The notes beneath the pieces are model-generated. The model did no database searches. It was not told the origin of the DNA and saw nothing but the letters and a program-made list of their open reading frames with translations. The position numbers were made by a program, and so were the translations under genes. A DNA stretch of 63,648 bases, the filler included, from Octopus bimaculoides (Eukaryota): NCBI RefSeq assembly GCF_001194135.2. It is 5 parts of 5 records of this genome, joined end to end, with 100 filler letters (N's around TTAATTAATTAA, not from the genome) between each part and the next. Parts side by side here need not be neighbours in the genome. Positions count along the whole stretch, not along the records: positions 31,914 to 59,991 come from NC_068995.1; 4 more parts are not named here. One strand, given 5' to 3'. Shown here piece by piece: positions 36,846-50,589 of this stretch (position 1 is its first letter; every line of letters begins with the position of its first letter).

Positions 36846-39334
36846 TGAAATGATTAGCGCGTCAATACTTGTATATGTGTATATCTAATATGTACGTACA
36901 TATATGTATGTAAATATGTAGGCATATATACATTTCTATATATCTCTCTCCCTCTCCCTCTTAATATATATATATATATATATTACACATACACACACAC
37001 ATATATATATGCATATATGTGTGTACATACATACATACATACATAAGCAGAGAGATAGAGAGTTTAAAGTAAGAAGTGATAGTGAGAAAGAAGTTAGGAA
37101 TGGTACGGAGAGGAACTATTCTCAAACAGAAAAAGACGGACTCAACACAATATGTATGATTATTATTATGCTATTAGTGTCAGCACACGTATTTAGTAGG
37201 TGAATAATTACATTAAATTAGCTGACTTCTGTGGTGATTAGCTAGAGAATCTATCCTGTTACGTGTTGACCCAGCATACTACCATCTCTCCGCAGTGGTC
37301 GCTATCTGTTATGACATCAAGCCTATCGTGTCTACAATCTCATTCCTTCACTTCTGTCTCTTCTGTAAAATTCCACCATTCTGTTCCTACATCTCTCAGT
37401 TGTTCTTATACTTTCTCTCTCTCTCTCTCTTTGGCCATTCCTTTGTCTTATTTTCTTCTCTCTGTCTTTCTGCTCCCCCTCTCTGGTTGTCTCTCTTTCA
37501 TTTACCCCTTCAATTCTAAATAGACAAAACATCCAGTCAAGCGTTTCGTGTCTGGATTACTTAATCGATAATTTTCTTTTATCAATGTTGTCATTAAAAT
37601 AACAGATTACAATGATTTTCGTTTAGACTGTTTCTCACCTGTTTTTGTTTTGTTTTTGTTTTTCGTTCATTAATGGTCCTTTCTTGCTGTGATATACTTT
37701 AGTCTCTCTCCATCACTATCTTTGACTCTATTCTATTTTCTCTCGGTCTTTTTGATACTATCACTCTTCTGTCTTCCCTTATTCTCTCTTCTAGCCTATC
37801 TATTCTCTATTTAGTCTATATGTGTCTCAATCTCTCACTATTGTTGCTGCTTTACGTTAATCTCAGGTTATTCGTTATTAAGCAAACAAACGATATTCCG
37901 AGTATTAGTCTCATCTTCAAAGACACCAAGGACTCTTTTTATCTTTGAAGAAGGTAGGCGATTCGAGGCTAATGTGGTTACTATTTTTATCAGTTCAAGT
38001 GATATCTAATAAGTTCTTTGGATTCTTCAGTCTGTCACTGTCTTTGCTTTATCTCTCCACTATCTAACTCTCTCTCTTTTACCAATTTCTATTTCAGTTT
38101 TCACTTATATCAATGCTTTAGATTTTGCTGACAAAGATTGCTCTCGTTTATTCGTTTGTCCGTGTACACATACATACTTACTGCATACATACATATATAC
38201 ATACATACATACATATATACATACATACATACACATGCATGCATACATACATGCATGATGCATACGTACATACATATATACATAAATACCTACATTACTT
38301 ATATACATACCCATGATGGCACTTCCTTCGTTGTTTCAGTGTTATTTACTTTTCGCATGTCGTTCATGTATTGCTTTGCTGTAGTAGACTAGGCATATAG
38401 ACAGGCGTTAATCTGCCAGAATGAGGGTTCATTACGCTGCTGTAAATACCCCTTTCTAATTTCATTAACAGCTTTTAATGTTGTGTCTGTTAGTCTTGTA
38501 CTTCCTTTGGTAGAGAAGACTCTATTTTCGAGAGAGTACTTCAAAGCCGAAGTTATTTTTTCATGAACATTTTTTCTACCGGTATATTTCACCAATGTTT
38601 CACGCTGATTATTACTACAATGATAGTTGCGATTGTGCCTGATATTTACCATATTCATAGTAGAGGGACAATGGTCAGTTGCAATGTGGTTTGGCTGGCA
38701 GGCAGTATAGTGTCCTTTGGAATGCCGCTAACTGTGAGACCGTGTCTAACATTATTCACATTTTCATTTATATTGTTTCGGAGAAGGTCCATTTCAAACC
38801 ATTACTTTTTTAAAAAAAGATACATTCACTAAATTTCTTCCAATCTTCCACACATATTGCTTGCTGGCGTAAATGATTTAGTAAAGTGGTTTAGTTCTGG
38901 ATGCAGATCGTGCCTGTATGATTTCAATTTATTCATATATCCAACGGTGGGGTTTGTTTCGCTCTTTTATAACAGTTAAATTAAATCAGTAGTCAATTCA
39001 TAACTCTAAGAAAAATATATTTTAAAGTTACAATCTGTTAACCTGTCGAGCTGTTGTTTTCCTCTTGCTGCTCGGTTGTGTTGATGATGCTGTGTCCAGT
39101 CATGCTCCTTGTAAACACTCCCTGCATGATAAAATTCAAATTTCAGTCCAAAATCACTACGACCTTGAATAATAGGCACCTTCAGATAATTTATCTGACG
39201 ATTAACCAGTTATTTAATAGGACAGATAGCTGTAGCTTGAAAGTTAGATATAGTATCATAGAATTAGCGATAAATTGTCTCCCAGCCAAATACGCGATTT
39301 GTCGCTTGGAATGTGTGCGTGAGTGTGTATGTGT

Positions 39335-41430
39335 ATAAGCCTCTTCCTCCAATACCATTGTGAAAGTAATAAAATCATCACAGCAGATCAAGCAGTTAGG
39401 AAGAAGAGAGTCTGGGGATGTGCAGAGTAATTGTTGATAAACAAAACTGTAATGTTCGAGGCGCAGGAGCATAAGAGGAAACTAGTTTCCATCTGGCTGG
39501 AATACGAGAAAGCCTTTGACTCTGTCCCCTACTCATACTCATGGATGCTAGAAACCCTTCGACTAGCTAAAGTTCCTGTTAGCATCGTCAAAGCTACAGC
39601 TGACCTGACTTCATCGTGAGCCACCATATTGAAGTTAAATACAAGGAGTGATTGTGTTATCACTAATAAAATACTGCATCAGAGAAGTATATTCCTAGGG
39701 GAAAATCTCTTTGTGATGCTGTTTCTACTTTCTCTAAAATCTTGTCATTCATGTTAAGGAAGTTTGAAGGATATCTCACTAGTTCACAAGAAAACACAAA
39801 TACCAAAATTACACACTTTTTCTTTGTGGATGCCTTGAAACTATATGTAAAGAATATGCATGAGATGAAAAAGCCTTGACCTGGTTCCATTCTCAAAAGA
39901 TACAGTGTTAGAGATTGGGCAGGAGAGATGTTGCTATATGGTTGTGAAAAATGGAAACTGCAATCCTGACGAGCAGCATCTCCATTAATGACATAACTGT
40001 TTCCTCATATCTGATGAGGAATGTAACAAGTACCTAGGGGTGGATGAAAACATATCTGACGATCGCACCAGTAACAAGACACGCGACACTAAAGAATATT
40101 ACAGCCGAATAAAGAAAATATTGACTTCGGAAAGCTCTGCATTCAATAAATCAGTGGCCCACAATGTGTTTCTTGTGCCAATACTCATTCTAATATTTAA
40201 GTTACTTGCTTGGACGCTTGATGAACCATTGATGTGGAAAGCTCGGAAGATACTAACCAGCACACATAAATTCTACATCAACAGTGATGTTGACCGCCTC
40301 TAGGTAAAGTGAAAATAAGTCGGGAGAGGCTTAACATCGATCCAGACTGACTTATAATGTCGTATTATATCCCTTTGGCAATATCTTTTAAGCACTAAGT
40401 GTTGAAGTGCATCCTTTGTCCGGGTTTACATACATGAGGCTGATAACATCATGACACGTTTAAAGCAGCTCTTTGAGTAGTATTCCTTGTCTGATAAACT
40501 TAAATGCATGCCCAAAGAAATGGTAGTTGCTCTATTGCAACATAGCCTCAGATGAAAGGATGAGCGTGTTTCAGCAGAAGATCATGCATGGATATGGTAG
40601 CAGATAGTGACATTACTCATCAAAGCAGTCTATCCTGGACCAACAACTGGATTACTAATTCCCACTTTGAAGATTGTACGTTCGCAATCAAGAAACAGGA
40701 AATATCAATGAAATACCTGATGCACAAAACGGATAGAGAATCAGAAAAATGTGATGACTGTTGCAGACTTTGTGGAGTTAACACCGAAGATATCATTCCA
40801 CCATCAACAGTCGTCCGAAAATGTCCTCGCGGTTATATTTACCGATGAGACATAATGTTCTGGCTAAGACACTGTTTAATGAGATCCGTTGGAAGGATAA
40901 CCCTGTACGCAAAGAAATAAGAACTCACCAGATGGTGGAAGTCATAGTCACTCATAATAAAAAGGAGTACTTGTGGAATGTCCTAGTGAAACTTCAATAA
41001 AACGTAAACATAATAGACATAGTGATTTGGGATGGAGAAGTGAAACTGTACCATTGTGGAAATCACCAGAGGATGATAAAATAAAGCTGAAGATCAGTGA
41101 GAAAGAGAATACCTACTCTGAACTATTGAGAAATCTGCAGTTATTCAATCCAGATTACAAATTAAGGTTTATACCTGTAATTATTGAGGCGCTAGGATAT
41201 GTAACCCACTAAATACCAATCTTGAGGAAGTAGGTTTCTCAAAACCGGAAAGGAGAAAGCTAATTCGAGGACTACAGATACAGGCCATCACTGGAACTGT
41301 AAAAATCTGCAAAACTTTTCAGGAGTTTATTATTTAAGTATATATGCTCATGTCTAGAAAGGCAACTATATGAATAAGATGACATGCATAAAACAAAACA
41401 TACAGATCTGCAAATGAACTGACTCTAAAT
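39335..41430 (+). mobile_element. RLE-type LINE (R4/Dong-like), RT to endonuclease, decayed, (ACAT)n at 3' end
   Basis: WLEYEKAFDSVPYS, IFLGENLF, THFFFVDALKLY, KYLGVDENI, CRLCGVNTED (zinc knuckle), KRKHNRHSDL, FIPVIIEALG. Confidence 0.85.
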
Positions 41431-41580
41431 ACATACATACATACCTACATACATACATACTTACATACATACATATATGCATATATACATGCTAACATAC
41501 AAACATAGACATATACACGCACATAAAATCACACACATATATATATTTCTATGTATATATGTGTTTGTATGTATGTATAG

Positions 41581-41622
<42 letters not shown>

Positions 41623-41716
41623 CGAGAGAGAGAGAAAGAGAGAGAGGAGAGGGAGAAAGAGAGAGAGGAGAGGGAGAAAGAGAGAGAGAGAAAGAGGGAG
41701 AGAAAGAGAGAGATAG

Positions 41717-41769
<53 letters not shown>

Positions 41770-41790
41770 CATACATATGTAATTCATATA
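41428..41790. repeat. Compound (ACAT)n/(TA)n/(GA)n/(GATA)n
   Basis: Direct reading. Confidence 0.95.
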
Positions 41791-43269
41791 TATGAATGTC
41801 TGTATATGTATGTGCGTGTGTCAGTCAATTTGTATGTACGTATTCATGTATATATGGATCTATGTGTAAACATATGTTTGCGTGCGAAGGCCTGTGCCGT
41901 GGCTGTGCACAGGTGTCATCGTTTTCTGTCATGGATACACACGATGTTGAAGACATCGTACAATATGGCAAGACTACGTCTCATCTTCTTAGACCCAGAC
42001 GGAACCTCAACTTCCTTTGCTTGTATTGTCTTTCCTGGAATGAGCAATATTTCGTTGTTAAAGGCGTGTAGGATTTATTAACACTTATAACGAAAGGTAC
42101 GCTACCTATTTGCGGGGCCAAAAATCCTACGTCTTGATTTGAGACAGGAGTAAAGAAGCAAAAACTATCAAGTGTTCACATATCAATTTTGTAGTGAAAA
42201 ACACCTGTGCAACAAGAGTGCCACTTTCTAGATGTATGAAACCATTAACCTGACAAAAGAAAATAGAAGCAAAATAGTTAGATATCATAGATACATGGTA
42301 TCACCTTAGAGTATCTCAGTCCCCTGTGGAATTACGTGCACATGTAAGCATATGCACATATATACAAACACACACCTGTATATGTACATGCATATAGTTG
42401 GATTGTTCCTGAGTACCCTGAATTCGTCTATCATTTGACAACTATTTTAGTCACCCCACAGACTGTCCCAGAATGAACCTCTTTAAGGAGTAAACCTAAG
42501 GGTGTTGTCAACAGCGATGCCTTTCAAAGTTTGTTCTGGTTTGCATGATTTCCAAAGGCAAGTCTCTGGTTATATCTTTGATTATGTGCATACAAACCCA
42601 CCTCAACACACGAACATGCGTGTGTGTGTGTGTGTGAGTGCGTATTAACCTATGTGTGTACCCATATCAACGTGTGTATTTGTGTGTTTAGAGTTTGAGC
42701 TAGTCGTCTCATGTGTGTCGTAATGCTAACAGCGTTTGTCCCTATTGTTCAGTCTGATGCGAGTACTGATTAAGTAGACCTATGATCAAAAGCTTTCCAG
42801 CCACGACTACACCTTTCTAGAAAAATAAAGTATCTTTCCTTCAGAACAATATATTTAAGATTGAACTATCCAGTCTGTCCATCACCATTATAAGGCCTTA
42901 GGCTTGATATAAGGGCATTTGGCTATTATTTCAAATAGGCTGAGGAACCGTATAGATACCTCCTCAGGGGCTTTATTTGATAAGTATTGTACATTGCTGG
43001 TGTTGGCACAACTGTACTGTTGCTTTTATTTATTCTTTTAGCACAGGGCATCCATAACAGAGTAGATCTGTGACCAAAGACGCTCTAGATATAATGATTC
43101 CAGCTTCGTTTCCGCTGTTATATATCTGGTACTACAATATCTAATGTCTTTAAGTCTTTAAAAGAAGCCGGGGTAGGTTTCAGAGAGATTTGGCTACTAT
43201 TTTTAGTAGTTCAAACAGCTACATATATACTCTCTTCGTGTGCGAAATAAAATGGCTTCACAGTTTTGT

Positions 43270-43430
43270 AAAATACTAGTTATTTCGGGAGAGGGGGTAA
43301 GTCGATTACATCGATTCTAGTGCTGAACTACTACTTATTTTATCGACCCCGGAAGGACGAAAGGCAAAGTCGACCACAGCAGAATTTGAACTCAGAACAT
43401 AAAGACAGACGCAATGCTAACGATTCTGCG
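43270..43430 (-). mobile_element. SINE family 3 (conserved-core type)
   Basis: Reverse complement of 61530-61745 with core gactttgcctttc.tcctt.cgggg.cgataaaataagta. Confidence 0.8.
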
Positions 43431-43794
43431 TTTCTTTGTGTGCGAGCTGCCTTTGTTCGTGTCTTTAATAATGTTGGTGTAATTGCTGATATTGTTTAAT
43501 TCCAGGCCAGCACCGAATCAACGGATCTACATTGAAATGTGCTACAACTATGAACATTCTGTATTTTCTTTGTAGATATTTCGTATCCTGATATACATTG
43601 CTTACACGACAGTAGGGGTTTCTAATGTCTCTTTGACGTAGCAAGCTGTACTCTAAAATGGCCCTTGACACATGTAATCCAAGCTATATTTGGACTAGCT
43701 CACGATGGGGAAAAGTGGGACGGCACAACATGTAACGATGTTCAGGATTTTGAATGAGCAGGAAGTGTAGAATTAAAGTATTTTGTTGGCCTCT

Positions 43795-44160
43795 GGATGT
43801 TGATAATGATTATGATGATCATGGTGATGACGATGACAGCGATGAGGATGAAGATGATGGTGAAGTCAATAATGACGATAATGACGATGTTGACGACGAC
43901 GACGATCATGATGATGGTTAATGATGGTGGTGGTGGCGGCGGCGATGGTGGTGGTAGTGCTGGCGATGTTGTTAGTGATGATAATGATGATGATGATGAT
44001 GGGAGTGGTGGAGGTGGCGGTGGTGAGCAGAATGATGTTTAGGTGATCTTAATGACATGAATATGACATTACTGATGGCAGCAATAATGGAGTCGATGAC
44101 GACGACGACGACGACAACGACTATGGTGATGGTAGTAGTGGAAGATATAACACTACCACC
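43795..44160. repeat. (GAT)/(GGT)/(GAC) triplet low complexity
   Basis: Direct reading; explains ORF 43797-44042. Confidence 0.9.
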
Positions 44161-44373
44161 GACGAGCTAGATCTTATACTATAATATGGTAATTCCAATA
44201 GAACTGTTTGATCAGACAAATACTAACACTGAAATGATTGAGTCTATGCAAGTTCTACTTACAAAGTATGAATTTTCCGATAAACACATACGCACGCAAG
44301 CACACACACACAGACAGACAGACAGACAGACACACACACGCACATGCACACACATTCACAGATAAATCAGTGG

Positions 44374-44375
<2 letters not shown>

Positions 44376-44432
<57 letters not shown>

Positions 44433-44473
44433 NNNNNNNNNNNNNNNNNNNNNNNNNNNNNNNNNNNNNNNNN

Positions 44474-44556
<83 letters not shown>
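44376..44556. repeat. (TG)n with internal gap
   Basis: Direct reading. Confidence 0.95.
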
Positions 44557-44558
<2 letters not shown>

Positions 44559-44830
44559 TTTGTGAGCGTGCTATGTTTATATGTAAGAGCTTTATACATC
44601 GTGTGTATATGAACCTATATACCAGTGCGTACCTGTGCAAGTTCGTGCGGACTAAAATTTTCGCATTCTTCTATGTTTGTATGTATCTGCTTATGAGAGT
44701 ATATATTTACTTAGGTATGTATATGATGTGTATTTCTATCAATATATTTACTAATAGAACTACTTCTATATAAATACATATATAAGTACATACACACAGA
44801 CACTCTTACATACATCATTATATGCACATA

Positions 44831-44901
<71 letters not shown>

Positions 44902-44989
44902 GTATTATTACATACACCTTTACGTATGTAGAGGCATAGTTACACACATACATATCACCAGATAGATGATGTGTGGTTATTGAAAACGC

Positions 44990-45200
44990 ATCAGTCAGTA
45001 CGTAATGGAAGAGAGTAGGTATTCTGGCAGACAACATGAAAATATATATTTTACTAGAAGCTATATTGATGAAAGATCAAAGGAAGGTATAGAGAGGATC
45101 AAACAGACGTGGATGCGTGACCTCATGCGATTAAGGATTGCAGTTTAAAATGATCAAATAAAATTTCAGCCGATGATATGATTGCCATCTAAATCTAGAA
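44990..45200 (+). mobile_element. Very decayed RTE-like 3' end
   Basis: LLEAI..KQTWMRDL fragments. Confidence 0.35.
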
Positions 45201-47112
45201 TTGCCCTTTAAAAATGTGGCTCCGTCATTGATGTATTTTACTTAACTATTACTGAGATGATAGTGACAGCGAACTGAGTGAGAGACACACTTAGAGACTT
45301 AGACTGTACATGCATTTGCTTACACAAGAAAGGGAGAAGGAGACAGAAACGTAGAGAAAGGTGATGAACGACATATATATATATATATATAAATACACAC
45401 ACATATATATATTTATATGTATATACGTACATACACACTCATACACAGACATACAGACACATATATGTGTGATGTGTGTGTGCATATATAAATATATACA
45501 TTTATATATATTCAACATATGGGCTTGAATATGTATATATATGCATGTGTCCATGTACGTATGTGTTTTATTTTGCATATATACCTACGTATACATATGA
45601 ATAAATATATATATATATATCTACATATACGTACATATATATATGCATGCGTACAAGCATGCATACTCATATTGGTAGATGTCTCACACTCTATACATAA
45701 ATGTGTACATATATACATACATACATATATATATATATGCATNNNNNNNNNNNNNNNNNNNNNNNNNNNNNNNNNNNNNNNNNNNNNNNNNNNNNNNNNN
45801 NNNNNNNNNNNNNNNNNNNNNNNNNNNNNNNNNNNNNNNNNNNNNNNNNNNNNNNNNNNNNNNNNNNNNNNNNNNNNNNNNNNNNNNNNNNNNNNNNNNN
45901 NNNNNNNNNNNNNNNNNNNNNNNNNNNNNNNNNNNNNNNNNNNNNNNNNNNNNNNNNNNNNNNNNNNNNNNNNNNNNNNNNNNNNNNNNNNNNNNNNNNN
46001 NNNNNNNNNNNNAGCCATGTACTGTGCTTACATAACAACCCACACAAATAATATATGATACAGTAAATGTTCATGCAAAAAATGTCAATATATAGACGTA
46101 AGTATAGAGCTATAATGCAGAAATGTTTCCGTATTTTCATACATTTCATCATAATATACATCACAGTTGCCTATCCATATACACAAAGACGTTCACACAC
46201 TACCGTATGTAAGCACTTATATACACAGTTACACTAACAGACTCACAAATTAATCTTCTTATATCTACACGTATATATTCAACACACATACATACACTAT
46301 TTCTTTCTCTTTCTCTCTCTCACACAGAGACATACACTTACATTGACACACACACACACACACAAATGCACGCACAAACAACGAAACATACCTGCACACA
46401 TTAATTTTCATAAGTAGCTGTTTGTGCTTCGGGCAGAAGTTTTTATTTAAAATATAAATATATTGACATCTTTTTATCCTTTTACGTTCAAGCAACTTAT
46501 ATTTTCAATTCTGTCTATGTATTATTTTCATAAATAATACCCTCATAAGAGATATAATCCAAATATTTTTTCTTTTCCGGAAAATGAAAAAGACGTTGCG
46601 AATGCAAAGTGTCAAGTATATCAATTTACTGATTCTATTATATAAAAACAAATTTGAAAAAAAATTAAAAAAAAGAAGAATTGAGGGTAGTTTTTAGTTG
46701 TGAACCATCCATCAATATATTCTCTTGCTCTTAGCATCAGTTTGCTTTTTTTTATATATTTTCTCATGTTATACTCACCAAGGAAGTTTTTTATATCAAA
46801 TTGTAGAATGGATAGATACAGGGGGGCTGAAATTTTAGTTGAAAAGAAGAGTCGATTATGTAGGCCCTATTACCCTATTACTTGGCTGCTACTTTAGATG
46901 TCAATCCCGATAGTGTGAAAGGGAAAAGGTATAGATTTTCTCGGGGTTTTAACACATAACGTAAACAGCCGGAATAAATATCTCAACGCGTTCGCTTCCA
47001 TGGTTTCTGCGATTCGGCAAATACACCACTCATTCAATGCTAATAGAATTTATGAAGAATCGTAGACTACAACGTGAATATTATGATTTAATGCATGGCT
47101 TAGATGAAAACG

Positions 47113-47400
47113 CATGGCTTAGTGGTTAGGATGCTGGACTTACGATCGTACGATGGTAATTTCGATTACTGGACCGCGTGATGCGTTGTGTTCTTAGGCA
47201 AAACACTTCAAATTGCTCCAGTCCACTCAGCTGTAGAAATGAGCAACATAAGTAGAGGCACGTCTCTTAGTGGGTAGGGTTTGGGATTAGCAGCCGTAAG
47301 ATTATGGTCCCGATGTCTGGACCAGGTGATCTGTTGTGTTCTTGAGCAAAGCACTTCATTTCACGTTGATCCAATCCACTCAGCTGTAAAAATGAGTTTA
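47113..47400 (+). mobile_element. Two tandem SINE family 2 heads
   Basis: tggcttagtggttagg..gttgtgttctt.ggcaaa.cactt..tccactcagctgta.aaatgag repeated twice. Confidence 0.75.
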
Positions 47401-47409
47401 GCCTGGTGA

Positions 47410-47720
47410 GGGGTGTGCTCCATCGGGCTATCTCACCCTAGATACGTTGCTTGGCTGCAGCACTCCAACGAACCCCAATGGGTTAAGGGGCTTGTCCCTT
47501 GTCAATGCGCTACAATAAAGTTTATGCTGCCTCCAACGAACAAATACCAACAACAAAAACAGCACCATTGTAAAACACTAACTTTTCTTACCCAGTCAAA
47601 GCAAACTGTAAAATATTACTTCATTTTGTCCAGTTACAGGAATATCTATAAGGCTGTACAACCACTTAGATACAGCCATTTACTCCCGGATTAAATCTGT
47701 CATCTTTAAAACGGAAGGAT
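47410..47720 (-). mobile_element. Possible decayed RTE fragment
   Basis: VQPYRYSCNWT and RWRQHKLY resemble LLYGCETWT and RQLKLYGH. Confidence 0.3.
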
Positions 47721-48384
47721 TAATTCCATAATACAATCTTGGAAACAGTATTTCCGTAAAAGAAATGTGATACTTATATATAAAATGTATTTGGTTATAG
47801 ACCTCCCCGATGGTTAGTTGACCAAGAGTTAAACAACAATCCCGAGAAGAGAAAGAAAAACAATGAAGACCGCAACAACACCAATTACCAGAAATCTATA
47901 GCAAAAATATTAATATCAACATCGATCTAATGGATTTTTTTCTTTAGAATCTTAATCTTTTTATCGGGGAAGTGTGGGGTGTAGCACACAAAATAGGTTA
48001 TTTTTTCTGAAGCTACATCAAACCTGAAACCTGGTTCAAATACTTGCAACATAACGAACGCCTCAAAAATCAGCCGAGAGCCAGTTGGTGGTGTTAAATC
48101 AAGTGACGAATTAAGTCTACTGCTCAAAATCTCAGTATGATAAGTGCCTAAGCAAGTACCACACGGATTCATGCTTGAACCAGTTCCCCCGCCTAGTATT
48201 TTATTCTAATCCACGCTGAAACGAGGGGAAAAGAAGTTAATCTCAGCAATATAGAAGTTAGTGCTTAATGATTCAGAACATATTCCCTGCTTTAATACAA
48301 GGCATTTTCTCTGCTTTATTACAAGGCATTTTCCCTGCTTTCTAACGACCGTGTCGATTGGCCATCTCCTCTCTTTTATCTTTT

Positions 48385-48790
48385 ACCTTTTATTTGCTTC
48401 AATTATTCGACTGTCACCATGCTGGGGCTCCGCTTTGAAGGGTTTTAGTCGAACAAATTGACTCCAAGACTTCTTTTTTAAACCTAGTACTTATGCTATC
48501 GGTCTCTCTTGCGGAACCGCTAAATTGTGGGGACGTAAACACACACACAAAGGCGCACACAGACACACACACACACACACATGCTCGCGCGCGCTTACAC
48601 ACCCGTATTTGTGTGTGTGTATCACGGGATTCTTTCAGTTTCCCTCTACCAAATCCATTCAGAAGTTTTTGGTGGACCCGAGGCTATAGTAGAAGACACC
48701 TACCCTAGGTCCCACACAGTTGGACAGAACCAGGAACCATGTGGTTTGGAGGCACGCTTTTTAACACACAGGCACGCCTGTGCCGCTTAC
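48385..48790 (-). mobile_element. SINE family 1, full length
   Basis: Collinear with 30500-30871. Confidence 0.85.
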
Positions 48791-49305
48791 CAAACTGATC
48801 ACCTGGAATATTTTGTGACTTATGTTTATTTGATCGAAAGCAAAGTAGAATCCTATTTTACGCCTTCATATACTGCATTTGCTATTCTACCAGAAACGAA
48901 TTATCTCAGAACCAGATTACATTGTCAAATATCAAGTGGTTGTTGTTTGTGTCATTATAGAGGTTGTTGTTGCTTACTTTTGAATTACTTCTGATTGAGC
49001 AGACCAATGCCCAAAGACATTTTAGCCACGACGATATTCTATTTTGAAGGAAAATCTTGTTCTGCATTATTTAATCTTCTTGATTTAAGAGAGTACAGCA
49101 ACATGACGGTCCAACGACAGTGTCTGCCTGGTCAATCGTACTGTAATAAATTGCAGCTAAGTTTTTTTTTCAGACCTCATACCAATGTCTTAAAAACAAC
49201 AGGACTCCTTTTATGGCGCTGTCCAGAAAACAAAACTTTAAAATGGCGGTTGATCATAAATGGAATGTGTTTGGCTATTCTTATACTCATTCAACGTTCA
49301 TCATA

Positions 49306-49885
49306 AATTATGTACATTATTTACATTTAATGGATATTTATCCTCATCTTGTTCGTTGTTAACACAACATTTCGGCTGATATACCCTCCAGGTGTCTTAG
49401 GGGTAATTTCGAACCTGGATTCTCATTCCTAAGGTATTTTTCAATGTTTTTGTTGTTGTTATCATTATTATAATTATTGTTATTCAGATCACTGGAATCG
49501 AACTCGAAATCTTGTTGTTAGTAGCCCGCACTCTTAACCACTACGCCATATGCCCATGGGTAATTATGGAGGGAATTTTAGGGCTTCGAAATCAATTATT
49601 CTCCTATCCTTCCTTAGATCTATCAGTTTTAAAATTCACTCCATAATTACCCACGGGCATGTAGCGTAGTGGTTAAGAGCGTGGGCTACTAACCCCAAGA
49701 TTCCGAGTTCGATTCCAGGCAGTGACATGAATAATAATGACAATAACAACAACAATATCGAAAAAATACCTTAGTTTTGAAATTTCCCAAAGACAACTGC
49801 TGGAGGGTATATCGGCCGAAACTTTGTGTTAACAACAAACAAAACGAGGACAAATATTCGTCAAATGTAATTAATGTACATAATT
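49306..49885. mobile_element. Foldback element: two inverted arms, each tRNA-like head + (AAT/AAC)n + degenerate hammerhead
   Basis: Arms 49306-49580 and 49630-49885 are reverse complements around a 49-nt spacer. Confidence 0.85.
49655..49726 (+). other. tRNA-like Pol III head (A/B boxes) of the foldback; mirror copy at 49488-49555 on minus
   Basis: A box TAGCGTAGTGG (TGGCGTAGTGG in left arm), B box GAGTTCGATTCC, loop CTACTAA; acceptor and T stems mispaired, so not a functional tRNA. Confidence 0.75.
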
Positions 49886-49977
49886 CCTCATCTTTTAAAT
49901 ATAGAACTGTATAAATTATGTAAATACAAAAATAACAACAGCAACTAAATAGAAAATTACATGTGAACTCAATACAA

Positions 49978-50139
49978 AGCGCAGGCATGGCTGTGCGGTT
50001 AAGAAGCTCGTTCTCCAGCCACGTAATTTCGGGTTCAGACCCGCGGCCCAATGGTCAAGTGACTTCTATTATAGCCCCGATTTCAACTAATGTTTTGGTA
50101 AATGAATTTGGTTGGTTTAAACTATGTGGAAATCCATCT

Positions 50140-50177
<38 letters not shown>

Positions 50178-50420
50178 AGATGGATTTATATATGTGTGTG
50201 TGTTTGTGTGTGTGTGTTTGTGTGTGTGTGTACCCTAACCCCCCCGCTTAACAACTGGTGTTGTTGGTTTGTTAACGTTCCCATGACTTAGCAATTTGGT
50301 AAAAAAAACCAATAAAGTAAGTACTAGTATTAAAACCAATTGCTAGTGTCGATTTATTCGACTAAAAACCCTCCAAGGTGATGCCCCAGCATGGACGTAG
50401 TCCATTGACTGAAACAGATA
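49978..50420 (+). mobile_element. SINE family 1 with internal (TA)/(TG) tract
   Basis: Head gcgcaggcatggctgtgcggttaag..gggttcagacc; tail gattta.tcgact..ccccagcatgg..gactgaaac. Confidence 0.75.
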
Positions 50421-50589
50421 AATGACAGAAAATAGAGTTAAAGAAGAAATGATAACATGGTGTAGTCTTGAAACCCATAAGACGAGATGGTCATAGATGG
50501 AATTACATTTAGCCATTGTTTTAATCAATGAAGGTGCATTATCGATTAATTTAAAAACAAAAAAAACAATAATAACAATTAAAAATAAC

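Noticed and set aside
41461-45578. Numerous ORFs rich in CV/YI/HT/SL repeats
   Set aside because: Translations of microsatellites.
49655-49726. Functional tRNA-Ser(ACT) gene
   Set aside because: Acceptor and T stems are mispaired and the sequence is part of a dispersed repeat; treated as a SINE-type head.
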